Shown here piece after piece: positions 1 to 9,572 of a stretch of 64,000 nt of DNA (position 1 is its first letter; the number at the start of each line of letters is the position of its first letter). The stretch covers positions 37,696,001 to 37,760,000 of the forward strand of contig OZ320319.1 in NCBI GenBank assembly GCA_976226885.1, read 5' to 3'. Origin of the DNA: Iphione sp. A-MEVVRFRX5 (taxonomy: Eukaryota). Under the pieces are notes generated by a model. The model saw nothing but the letters and a program-made list of their open reading frames with translations, was not told the DNA's origin and searched no databases. Position numbers and translations under genes: made by a program.

Positions 1-170
1 AATGAGTTTAAATACAGATAGCTATAAATAGATGATACATGCTGAAGGGTCACTTCTTAATGAAATAGTAAACAAAGTGTAAATAGACGGCAAAGATTTC
101 AAATCAGCATATTATCAATAATCTGCAGTAGAAGTAAAACCTATCAAAATAAAAGGGTAATGAGTGATAA

Positions 171-542
171 GGCCCTTCATATATACTTTGGTTTGGTGAC
201 AACTTATGACAGTAGGAAAAGGGTTTACTCTTAATATAATTCAAAATCTATTTCTGCTTTACTTACTTCCTAAACAATAACCACAGATCACTTGCAACAT
301 GATTCTTCAATTCGTATCTTTTTATCTTATGCATGTGCTTGGAATGTTTATTCCACTTGATAATCAAAATGTACATAGTATGACAGTAGCGAGAGCCAAA
401 AGTGACAAACACCTTTATAATGCAGTTTTCTACATATTTTTGTAGCATATGTGACAAATGTTGCAAAATGATGGCAAAAATGGGTAGGGGGGGTCTACCC
501 ACCCAGCATAAAAAAATCAATTGTTCTAAAATGTTGTAGGCC
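171..542. mobile_element. Candidate Tourist/Harbinger-type MITE (degenerate)
   Basis: taa|ggccc at the left end and taggcc|tat at the right end; 372 bp, similar in size and termini to the other GGCC-ended MITEs in the window; the TIR match is weak. Confidence 0.4.
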
Positions 543-681
543 TATTAAACCTTTTTTATGGAAGTTTGCATAACATTCTCCTAACCAGATTAGAAAATGT
601 CTGTCTGTCTGTCTGTAAATAGTCAAAGTCAGAAATAAAAACACAAAGATGTTTGTAAGGGAGGTAAAGGAGGTAAGAGGT

Positions 682-885
682 GAGGATTTTGTACCACAGA
701 CCTGACCTTTACCTGTTACTAGCTATAGGTTAAGGGAGCTCGAGCCGAAGATTTCACACTATTACTGGCCTGACCATCACCCCCTGTGAGGAGACCTCCA
801 GCAAAGGGAGGTATGAATCGAGGTTTTCACACCACAGACTGGACCATTACCTTATGTGAAGGGTGTCTCAGCCTAGAAAGGATGA
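682..885 (+). repeat. Three degenerate ~66-72-bp tandem units (gaggatttcac...accacag...accatcacc...gaaggg)
   Basis: Units start near 682, 748 and 820; a fourth copy at ~6861 and inverted copies at ~7295-7400. Confidence 0.55.
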
Positions 886-889
886 AAGC

Positions 890-1552
890 TTTATGTGTGG
901 TGTTGTGCCTGATGTATGGAAAGAGAGTATCGTAGTGCCCATTCCGAAAAACAAAAATGCCACTCATGTAGGGGAATACAGGCCAATTAGCTTATTAAAT
1001 ATTGTATCAAAGATCCAAGAACGTATTATCTACAATAGATTGCATAAACACTTGGAGAAACACAGAATATTAAGCAATAACCAATATGGATTTAGATGCC
1101 ACTACTCCACCGAGCTAGCAATATCAGAATTAATCCATTAACATTCATCGTCCGTTAAATGATGGAAATATTGTAATAGCGTTACTTATTGATCTACAAA
1201 AGCATTTGACTCAGTAAATCATATTATTTTACTCAGAAAATTAAGACAATTAAATATCTCAGATAGAAATATGAAATGGCTTGAAAATTTTTTGACAGAT
1301 AGGAAACAACGCGTGTAATGTAATGGCTTAGTTTCAGAAACTGGCAAGGTGAAGTGTGGCATCCCACAAGAATCTATTATTGGTCCACTTTTTTTTCTCA
1401 TTTTCATAAATTTCTTGCCTGAATGTATCAACTCATCAAGAATATATATGTACGCTGACGAGGCACTGATTGTATGCTCTGGAAAGACCTTGCTAGAAGC
1501 AGTGAATAAATTGGATAATGATTTTTGCCAACTCTTGGCCTGGACAAAAGGA
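890..1552 (+). pseudogene. CR1/L2-like non-LTR retrotransposon RT, 5' segment (5'-truncated, frameshifted)
   Basis: WKESIVVPIPK..YRPISLLNIVSKIQERII..QYGFR; then KAFDSVNH, LENFLTDRKQRV, GIPQESIIGPLFFLIFIN and YADE (degenerate YADD). These are standard LINE RT motifs, with stops and frameshifts. Confidence 0.9.
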
Positions 1553-1716
1553 GGTGTGGTACTGCACGGCGGTAACGAGGCACCTAGTTCCCATAATACT
1601 CACCTGGGGAGCTTGGTGGGTCTGTGAATGCCAAGCCACTGCCATAGTGTTGTCACCTGCCACCATGTACAGTCTGTTTGACTACTGACCACAGCTACTC
1701 AACCCCCAAAAACAAC

Positions 1717-2658
1717 ATGTCCAAGTGTAACGAAGAAAAATCAGTGATTCAGGAGATGCATAAAGCCATCAAGGAGATTACTTAGCATATGAAGAATATC
1801 GAATCCTGTTTGGATGCCCAGTACAAGCCAAAATCTACTGTGGTCACTAGGTCCAAATCGTCTGCAGCTACAATGGCTGACCAGCTGACCGTGACGGATG
1901 CCGGCGGGGCTACAGGTGGTCAAACAGACAACAACGATAATGATGAGGTCTACTCACTTGCAGAGGAATTCCCTCCTCCTGGCGACCTCAGGAGGATTGG
2001 GTAGGCCAAGTCTGGTGAATTTTTCTGGACCCTGTACCCCGATTCCCTGCAGGTAAAAGGTAAGCCCAGGAGATTCTCACCAGCTACATACATATAACAG
2101 GCCGACACTGACAAGCCAGACCTTGATAAACTGACTATATTCCAATATGTTATTGGGGTATTGCACATGTTTAATGATATGAAGTGTCCAGCTACGATTC
2201 CCAAACCCTTTCTGATCAACCACCTCATTGATTTGTCAGACGAGGCCTGTACGGTACTGTGGCATGTGCTTCGTGACTGGGTGGGCGAGATGTTGGAGGG
2301 GGTCAATCTAAAAAGGGTCAAGCTGACCGATGCTCAAAAAATACAGCAGCTCAAGTACAGGTCTATCAATGCCTTTATGCACCAATGTACCATGATGTCC
2401 CGCCATAATGCTTTCAAAGACTCTATCGCTATTTGTCCCGCCTGGGTCTCCGGTAAGTGTGATCTGCCTACCTATCATGCAGCAGACCAGTTAAGACTCA
2501 TACACTCATGCCCTGTTTGTTATTATATGTTGAATAAGATGTTCGACCACCGTCCAGACTCCTGTCAGAACAAGAAGAGGCCCAAGCACTCAGAGAACAA
2601 GCCTTCAAGACAGAACACAGAGCTGATGCAGAAAGCCAGGAGAGACTACAAATGGTAA
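1717..2658 (+). pseudogene. gag-like ORF1 of the Ngaro/DIRS-type element, with two in-frame stops
   Basis: ATG 1717 and track ORFs 1789..2004 and 2161..2658 share one frame, broken only by TAG at 1783 and 2002. C-terminal CPAWVSGKC...H...HSCPVC...H..DSC zinc-finger-like motif. Confidence 0.75.
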
Positions 2659-2769
2659 CTCAGCACCTCCTCAGTGTCAACCAGGTGTATGAGGTCCTGT
2701 ACCCCATGAACAACACTCCTTATACGCAAGGTAACACCCTGCTAACCCACGAGATGCCTCAGAGACCAT

Positions 2770-3332
2770 CTCACCATCCATAGACTGATATACTGGCCAG
2801 TAACTGCAGCTGATTCTGAAGACCTTCATATCTATGACGCCATTACGGCAACAGAATGCTCTAACATGCTGGAGGCCAGGCTCCGCCTCCAGCTGCCTCT
2901 CAACCATGACCTCTGGGCAGATATCTTCCCATCGCTATCCCCAAATGATGTTTTCTTCAAGGACACCATTAAATTTGGCGTACCACTGGGGTTCAATAGC
3001 GCCAGGTTCCCCATGCATAGCAAGCCCAACTACCCAATACAAGACCACATCTTTCATCACTTCTCCAACTACATCGCCAAGGAGTTGTCTTTGGGGGCCT
3101 TATCTGGGCCATATCAGTCACCCCCATTTGGTTTATTCATACTCAGCCCCATCATGACCAGACCTAAGTCATCAGAGGATAAACACCGCATAATCGTAGA
3201 CATGGCCCACAGCGATGTGAATGACTTCATTCCACCAAACACCTTCTTCGACTTTACGTATAAACTGACTCTCCCAAACACCTTTGATCTCATCAGGACC
3301 ATCAATAGATATGACACCCCTATCAAACCTTG
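2770..3332 (+). pseudogene. Ngaro/DIRS-type RT, N-terminal half
   Basis: Frame of track ORF 2866..3645 up to ...TINRYDTPIKP, where the inner insertion begins. Confidence 0.8.
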
Positions 3333-3334
3333 CA

Positions 3335-4495
3335 GCCATCTTCCTGGTCAGAACTGCAACCAAACTGGACACAAATCTCGCCAGGATCCTCAAGAAAGCA
3401 CTCAAGAATCCAGATATCAGATGCAGAGGTATGAACAAGGCCCTGAGAGCAACTGTCAAACAAGCCACAAACCTGGGTGGCTGTGCCATAAGCAGGCCAG
3501 GTCCACTCAACTTGCCTCCCTGGAAAACAATTCCTGTCACCATCATAGCAAAACTACCACCAATCAAGAAAGCAGACATCAACCCTGCCATCCTGAAGAC
3601 AGTTGCCCTTGCAGAAGCAGAAGAGATCCAAGAAAATTCCCCTGAATCCCTCAACATCTTCACTGATGGAAGTGTGGACCCAGAAACAGGCAAGGCGGGT
3701 GCTGCCTTTGTAAGCACACCATGCTCAGCCGCCAATGGCGTCAGAGTCAGTGATGGTGCATCCAGCCTAACAACAGAGTTGGCAGCAATTTACATTGCAC
3801 TAGCCGCCCACAGCAAGAGTCCAGTGACTATCCACACTGACTCATACAATGCTATCCTGGCCATAAGAGATGCGGAGACCAGCCACTCTCTTGCCAGAAA
3901 CATTCAGAGGGTTGTCTTAGACAGGGATTTCCATGGTTATAATACCATCCTTCATTGGATCCCTTCGCATGTAGGCATAGCTGGAAATGAGGCAGCGGAC
4001 AAAGCAGCCAAGACAGCCTCGCTATCAGACACGGTCACCATGCCCACTGATCTCTCCCTTCAACAGACCCTCTCAGCTATGAAGAGAGCAGCCATGGAAC
4101 AATGGAGATCTAGACTGGACTCAGTGAGACCATCACGTAGCTGGGAGTGGCATCGACTGCTTACGAAGACCTGCCCTCCCCCCAGACTGAGCGTCCGAAG
4201 AGGTATCCAGACCGCAGTCAATCGACTAAGGCTGGGATACCGCAGACCGCTAGATCTACCAGACTACCGGCCTTGTATATGCGGGGAAGCTTTCTCGATC
4301 CCGCACATCTTGACCAACTGCCGGGAGATGATCCATGCCCCTATTGAAAGGTATGGCAGTGACGAGAGCCTTGCTCTCCTTTCAGCCCCCGACCTAGCGG
4401 CTCACATGATCAAGAGTGCCCAGGAGGAAGGCCCAATAGGACTCTTCAGACTGGAAGAGTTCTACGAAATCAACAAAGCCCTCATCGATGGATGA
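3335..4495 (+). CDS. C-terminal part of a non-LTR ORF2: RNase H domain plus C-x-C...H...C knuckle, uninterrupted ~386 codons
   Basis: PPW linker, LNIFTDGSVDPETGKAGAAFV, SSLTTELAAI, VTIHTDSYNAI, LHWIPSHVGIAGNEAADKAAK (all four RNase HI acidic motifs), then RLRLG...CICG...HILTNC. Confidence 0.9.
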   Translation, partial: AIFLVRTATKLDTNLARILKKALKNPDIRCRGMNKALRATVKQATNLGGCAISRPGPLNLPPWKTIPVTIIAKLPPIKKADINPAILKTVALAEAEEIQENSPESLNIFTDGSVDPETGKAGAAFVSTPCSAANGVRVSDGASSLTTELAAIYIALAAHSKSPVTIHTDSYNAILAIRDAETSHSLARNIQRVVLDRDFHGYNTILHWIPSHVGIAGNEAADKAAKTASLSDTVTMPTDLSLQQTLSAMKRAAMEQWRSRLDSVRPSRSWEWHRLLTKTCPPPRLSVRRGIQTAVNRLRLGYRRPLDLPDYRPCICGEAFSIPHILTNCREMIHAPIERYGSDESLALLSAPDLAAHMIKSAQEEGPIGLFRLEEFYEINKALIDG

Positions 4496-4810
4496 GCAGA
4501 CCCGGATGTTGGGCAGGAGTGAAGTCACTTTACCACTGCCCACAAAACACCAAACAGAGGAAGATCTTGCCAAAGAGCAGGCTTACCTACCTCCCACCAC
4601 CAGGGTATGGCCTGGTTGTCTGACTCACCCCTGAGGTCTGTACGACCGGACTGCACTTCCGGGAATGAGCTCGGCATCCAGCGGCAACCCCAGGTGGACG
4701 GAGGGCCAAGCGACCTCCTCTCCCTGTCCCCCTCTCGCTATCCCCCACATCAGTTCTTCTCTTCAAGTCCCCTGAACCATTCATGAGGGTGGAGCCTCAA
4801 CTGCAGAATT

Positions 4811-4833
4811 GGGCTGGCACATAGCCGAAGCCC
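4811..4833 (+). other. 3'-terminal stem-loop of the I-group element
   Basis: gggct-ggc-acata-gcc-ga-agccc: 5-bp plus 3-bp stem with a GA bulge, ~40 nt upstream of the tail. Confidence 0.6.
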
Positions 4834-4883
4834 CTGGGTCACCAATACCCTAACACGGACCTTGAACCTTGTATCAAACCTTG

Positions 4884-5857
4884 GTTGATTGACCTCAAAT
4901 GTGCTTATAGGAATTTTGCTATAGACCCACTAGACTGGCCCCTTTTGGGCCTAGAGTTTCAGGACCGGTATCTGTTCGATAAATGCCTTCCCTTTGGTAC
5001 CCGCATGAGCTCACTATATATGCAGGTTATTTCTGAACACATCATTGATCGTGTTTTGTCCCATTATTCTACTGGTTCAGGTCTACCCCACTTGGATGTT
5101 TTTGTATTACCAGTTCCCATCGCAGCTGAAGCATATGCATGCACCATAGAGTTTATTCAATGCCTAGGCCTCCCCCTGGCAACCCATAAGTGTATTCCAC
5201 CTTCTGCTAAGTTGACATGGTTGGGGATAACAGCTGACATTGACAGACATAATCTTTCTATCCCCAAAGAGAAGATCTTATCTACTAAAAAATGCTCACT
5301 TAAGCAATGTCAATGGTTTACAGGACTGATCAATCATATTTCCCAGTGCGTACCTATAGCCAGGTTGTTCCTATGGAGAATTCTCAATCAATACCGCCTG
5401 TCCATCAGCGAGAACAGGTCATCCCTTGATGTGGATTGTGATGTCCAGGCTGATCTCAAGTGGTTTGCCAAATTCTTAGCAAAGTATAATGGTGTTTCAC
5501 TATTTCCTGTTACTCGCACAGAAGATTACATCTACTGCAACGCTTCCTTAGATGGTATGGTTGCTTATACGAGTTTGATGTATTATATCATTGCCACACC
5601 TCGTTTGCTCCTTACGGCCCATAGTCCACAGATGGAGGCATATAACGTCGCGTTGGCCATACCAATGTTTGTTCCAAAATAAAATTCACCTTCTTATGAT
5701 GTATACTGTGATAATATGTCAGCCATCCAGGTATTCAAATCTGGTAGGGGGTGCAACCCCCAGATTCTCTCCGCGGCTAGAGCCATCTGGTTCACGCAGG
5801 CAAAGTATGGTGTGCATATTGCGCTCAAACACATCCCAGGGTCAAACGTGTTAATAG
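4884..5857 (+). pseudogene. Ngaro/DIRS-type RT C-half and RNase H, truncated at HIPGSNVLI
   Basis: IDLKCAYRNF, DKCLPFG, HLDVF (degenerate YLDDF), LTWLGI, DLKWF, YCNASLDG; after a frameshift, YCDNMSAIQ...KHIPGSNVLIA. No YR domain follows. Confidence 0.85.
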
Positions 5858-6858
5858 CAAAAGGAAGTAAGACCCTCTTCAATGCAATGAAAACCCAGTG
5901 CATACAATTCCACTATGGTCACCCAAAGGAGAAACTAAATGACTCCTTGATGTTGTGTGATATGAAATCGAGGTGATAAAAAAAGGTTACATACTTAGGC
6001 GTAATTTTTGATGAATGATTGCCATGTTACCATACCAAAACAGCATTATCAGGCAACTATATGCTAAGTTTTCACATTTCAAAAGTATAAGGAAGTATCT
6101 AGACCAGAATCTCGCCCTGACAATAGCAAAAACCATGGTGTTGACAGTAAATGAGTATGCTTTGATAGTTCATACTAATGACCGAGGTATAGATTTTAAG
6201 AAAATTGTCCAAGCCAGGAAAAGGATAATCAACTGTGCATGTGGTTACAAAAAGGTAACCAAAGACCAGGTAAAAAAAAGATCTAATATCGTCGAAATAT
6301 TAGACTGCATGCTCTTGCGTATAGGAAAGCTGAGGGCAAGCCGTGTGCAACAAGAGAGACAAGAAGTAATGCTAGAAAGGTCATTCATGTACCAAGACCC
6401 AAAAAGGAATCATATAAAAATCCATAGAATACTTCTATAATACTATTTGGCAACAGTTAGAATTGAAGATCATGAATCTACAATAGGAAAAGTTTATTCG
6501 TTACCTAAAAGTCCAATGTAAAAAAACATTCAAATTCTTAAAACACCATGAACTGGTCCAATTAGAAAATTTCTAGTTGATAACTTGCCCCAAACAAGTG
6601 GCTATCGATATGAACTAAACCTATAAAGTCATAGGTCAAGTGACGATTGTCACTATACTATATGGAAGTGCATTCAAAACTATCAAGTAGAAAGATTATC
6701 TCATTTCACTCATAGACTCTGTAAATATGTATCTGTTATTCTACCATACCATACCATCTCATTAACTGTCTTTTTCATGTTAAGAAGGAAAAGAAAAGTA
6801 CTGGACAAAAATACATTATGTATGTTACTCTCCAGTTGAATAAACATTTGAAAAAAAA
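5858..6858 (+). pseudogene. CR1/L2-like LINE, 3' segment with AATAAA and A8 tail
   Basis: Resumes at the second caaaagga: KGSKTLFNAMKTQCIQF, KVTYLGVIFDE, IRKYLDQ...; aataaa at 6839-6844 and A8 at 6851-6858. Confidence 0.85.
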
Positions 6859-6946
6859 CTGAGGATTTCTTACCACAAGCCAAACCATCAGCTTCTGTAA
6901 AGGGTCTTCCAGCCTATAAGTGTTACCTGCAGTCTCCCTTGTGTAA

Positions 6947-7288
6947 GGCCCCCCTAAAAATAGTTGTGTTTCTGGTAACCCACCCCTACCTAGGAAAATC
7001 TCACCCTACCTAAAAAATATCTTGGCCGCAAAGAGTTTCCAAGGCAAAATTTGCTTAGATGTGTGTTTTAACAACACATGCTCTTGTTAAATTCAGTAGA
7101 AAAGCAAGAAAATCCATGGAAATTCATCAAACCTATAAAACTCATACAGATTGGTCAAAATTCTTGATATTGTCTTTATTATTAATGTAAACCAGGGGAA
7201 GAAACTGGAAAAAAAATCTAAAAATAATACCCCCTCCCTACCTAGGTTTTTGGCTGGTTGTTACCAGAAACACACCTATTTTTCGGCC
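6947..7288. mobile_element. Tourist/Harbinger-type MITE
   Basis: Left ggcc...aaaaaatagttgtgtttctggtaac; right end reverse complement ggccgaaaaataggtgtgtttctggtaac; flanks taa/tga. Confidence 0.8.
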
Positions 7289-7437
7289 TGATATGCTTTG
7301 GTTAAGTCTCCCCTCCAAGAGGGTGATGGTTGGGCCTGTGACGTGAAATCTTTATTTCTTTCCTCCCTTAGCCTGAGTTCTCTTTCAATGAAATCCTCAG
7401 CTCTCTCCTACTCTTGCTGAGATACCCTTAAAAGAAA

Positions 7438-7535
7438 TAGGAGAAAATGTTTTTAAAGATGTTCTAAAATGGTTGCAAATATTATAACAAATGAGATCGT
7501 TATAAAATGTTCTTGAAACGCTGTGCTTGCTGGGT
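7438..7535. repeat. Fragment of a palindromic MITE-like repeat (atgttctaaaat motifs, ends tgctgggt)
   Basis: Internal aatgttct/aatgtttt repeats; related words at 522-590. Confidence 0.35.
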
Positions 7536-8477
7536 AATATCTACCACTATATTTTAAGCAGAACATCACATTTTACCGATGTGGCTGACACTTCAGCACC
7601 TTGCCAATTATCAATAAAAGCCTCCGGGAAAGATCGTGTCCTGACGGCCCGTCGCCTCGGTGACACTTGCATTTCCAACTGCACACCTTAAACTCTGTTG
7701 TATGCCGGAAGAGGAATTCAGAGTTACTGCCTCATGATTTTTTTGCTTGCCTGCTGATTGTCGACGCAACAGAGTCACTAATAAAGAGGCAAAGACGAGC
7801 AGCCGTCGTCATGGTGACTGTCTTGGGGCATCGTCCTGAATGGTTTGTTATTCAAAACCGAGGGCGGTACTGATTGGACGGTGATGTGGACGATCATGTG
7901 AAGGAGCAGGGAGAGGGGCGAGAAAGTCAAGAAACCCAGAAGGCAAAGGTTCTGTATCGCAAATTACGCCTACTTAACGAAGGAAGGGGAAAAGCGATGG
8001 GCTGCGGGGCCATTTATAAGAACATGTTTATGATTGGAGTTCGTCGGAATATCATGCGTGAGAGTGGAAAGGTCCAAGAAGGTATGGTGTAATTTGGGTG
8101 GTGATTTTTACCATCCACTAAGAAATTGTAGAGTCATGCATCTTGACCGTTTCATCGCCGCGAGCGTCCTGGTTAAAATGCAATATCCCTTGCAGTACTA
8201 CTGACTGGTACATACGCAGACACCAGACGAGGAGCTGTGAAGGCGGAGGCCACGCCGTACACACAGATATGGTGAGGGTGCGCACTGCGGCTGTCGTCTT
8301 CATTGTTCCAAGGTGAGCGTGACCAGTGGTGCTGGCTGCTGTATGCGTATGCCCACTGTTTATCTCTCGTCGGCCTGATTCAAGTCGATCCAGTTAGAAT
8401 GGCGCCGCCAGTCTGTTGCGTATTTTTTGGGAAAGGGGGTGGGAGGACGTTCATATCATTTGCATCATCTCTCAAAG

Positions 8478-8638
8478 CTGCCAACATCGCTGGCATATCT
8501 CAATAAAGACACCATGACCATCACTGTACTACCACTGGTAACAAAAGCATCAGCACCAGCAGCAGCATTAACACCACCAACCCATCCACACTATCATATT
8601 AACATCACCCGCATCAAGAGGATCGTTAACCATCCCTG
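8478..8638 (+). other. Candidate non-coding (5' UTR) exon
   Basis: Acceptor catcatctctcaaag| and strong donor ctg|gtaagt; an upstream donor caag|gtgagc at 8313 would define a 165-bp intron. Confidence 0.35.
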
Positions 8639-9243
8639 GTAAGTCACTATCTCTGTCTAAAACGCCAATATACCCGAGGCACTATAGCACGAGGGTTATT
8701 AGACGTCGACATCAAGTGTCAAATAACACTGTTTTCAATCACCCGTCCCCACTATCCACTCCCATGAATCAGATCGCAGTATTTCGGTCGTACACAGTTA
8801 AGAAGCTCAAGTCACCACAAGGCGTCTCTCCTCCTCCTGCGCGTGCGCACACAGACGCTCCGGAGGGGCGTCGCGTACGGCTAGTACACCTGGATGCCAC
8901 TGGGACCCGCGCTTCCAGCACAGCCTCTCCCACAGAAGCGGTCGGACTGTGGTTCTCGGCGCGGTTCGTTACAGGCGTCAGACACGCAACCCGGGGCCAC
9001 ATGAATACACCACCGTGTAGACCTATAGAGGGACAGAACAGCCAATAGACACCGCAATCGTAGGCCCAGGTGCCACTCATTGGGCACCAAAAGGACCCGG
9101 CAGACGGAAGGTGCTGGCAACAAGCCCGGGAGCAGGCCACCCGCGTCGCGCTTATCCCCGCTAGCATCACCGACCGGTCTCACGGTCAGACGGGCGAGCC
9201 GTTCAGGAACCACTCGGGAACTGCTCAGCGTTCAGAATGTTCC

Positions 9244-9340
9244 GTTTTCATGGAGACATCGTCGCCGTGGCACCACCAGCGGCGTCGCCATGGTGACATT
9301 GGCGTGAGGGACGTAGGACCATGCTGTCATCTTAGGCAAC
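9244..9340. promoter_or_regulatory. Cluster of three or four RFX X-box-like motifs in a CpG-rich block
   Basis: gttttcatggagac 9244, gtcgccgtggcac 9261, gtcgccatggtgac 9284, gtcatcttaggcaac 9326; compared with the X-box consensus GTTGCCATGGCAAC. Confidence 0.5.
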
Positions 9341-9372
9341 GCCCGCGAAACTCTCCCCTTCCATAGCCTCAC

Positions 9373-9572
9373 TTCTTTCTATTCGCTCCTGTAGTGTTAT
9401 CCTGTCGGTGTGCGGACCTTTGCTCAAAAAGGCTGACTTAACATAGCTCAGGCCAAAAGGGCGCAGGCTTTCTTTCCCGTCTCCAAGTATCCACTCTGCC
9501 ACATTTATGTCCGTCAAGGTTTTGACTTGAAAGACAAGCGCAGTGTTCTCCTGATCGCCAGGTGTGTACATC
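9373..9572 (-). CDS. Candidate 200-nt antisense exon, open in one frame only (MYTPGDQENTALVFQVK...LQERIER)
   Basis: Long polypyrimidine tract (cctttttttgcctccttttgtcc) then cactgaacag|; donor aagaa|gtgagg; the other two frames contain stops. Product not recognised. Confidence 0.35.

Larger units (their letters stand above)
1553..3332 (+). mobile_element. Ngaro/DIRS-type (tyrosine-recombinase class) retrotransposon, 5' part: leader, gag and N-half of RT
   Basis: gag with a C-terminal Cys/His finger followed by RT motifs typical of DIRS-group pol (PLNHDLW, FGVPLGF, KELSLGALSGP, SPIMTRPK, RIIVDM). Left boundary is the direct repeat caaaagga at 1545-1552. Confidence 0.85.
3333..4871 (+). mobile_element. 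5'-truncated I-group (Ingi/Nimb/I-like) non-LTR retrotransposon with RNase H
   Basis: Flanked by a perfect 12-bp TSD tatcaaaccttg (3321-3332 and 4872-4883). Contains an RNase H ORF, a ~370-bp 3' UTR, a terminal stem-loop and a short gaccttg-aaccttg tail. Clade assignment is from motif recall only. Confidence 0.85.

Noticed and set aside
2866-3645. 259-aa ORF as a single gene
   Set aside because: It is a chimera: Ngaro RT up to the TSD at 3332, then out-of-frame read-through into the inserted element. ORF 3284..4495 likewise starts in host sequence.
3172-3735. 187-aa minus-strand hydrophobic ORF
   Set aside because: Antisense shadow of two TE coding regions that crosses the insertion junction.
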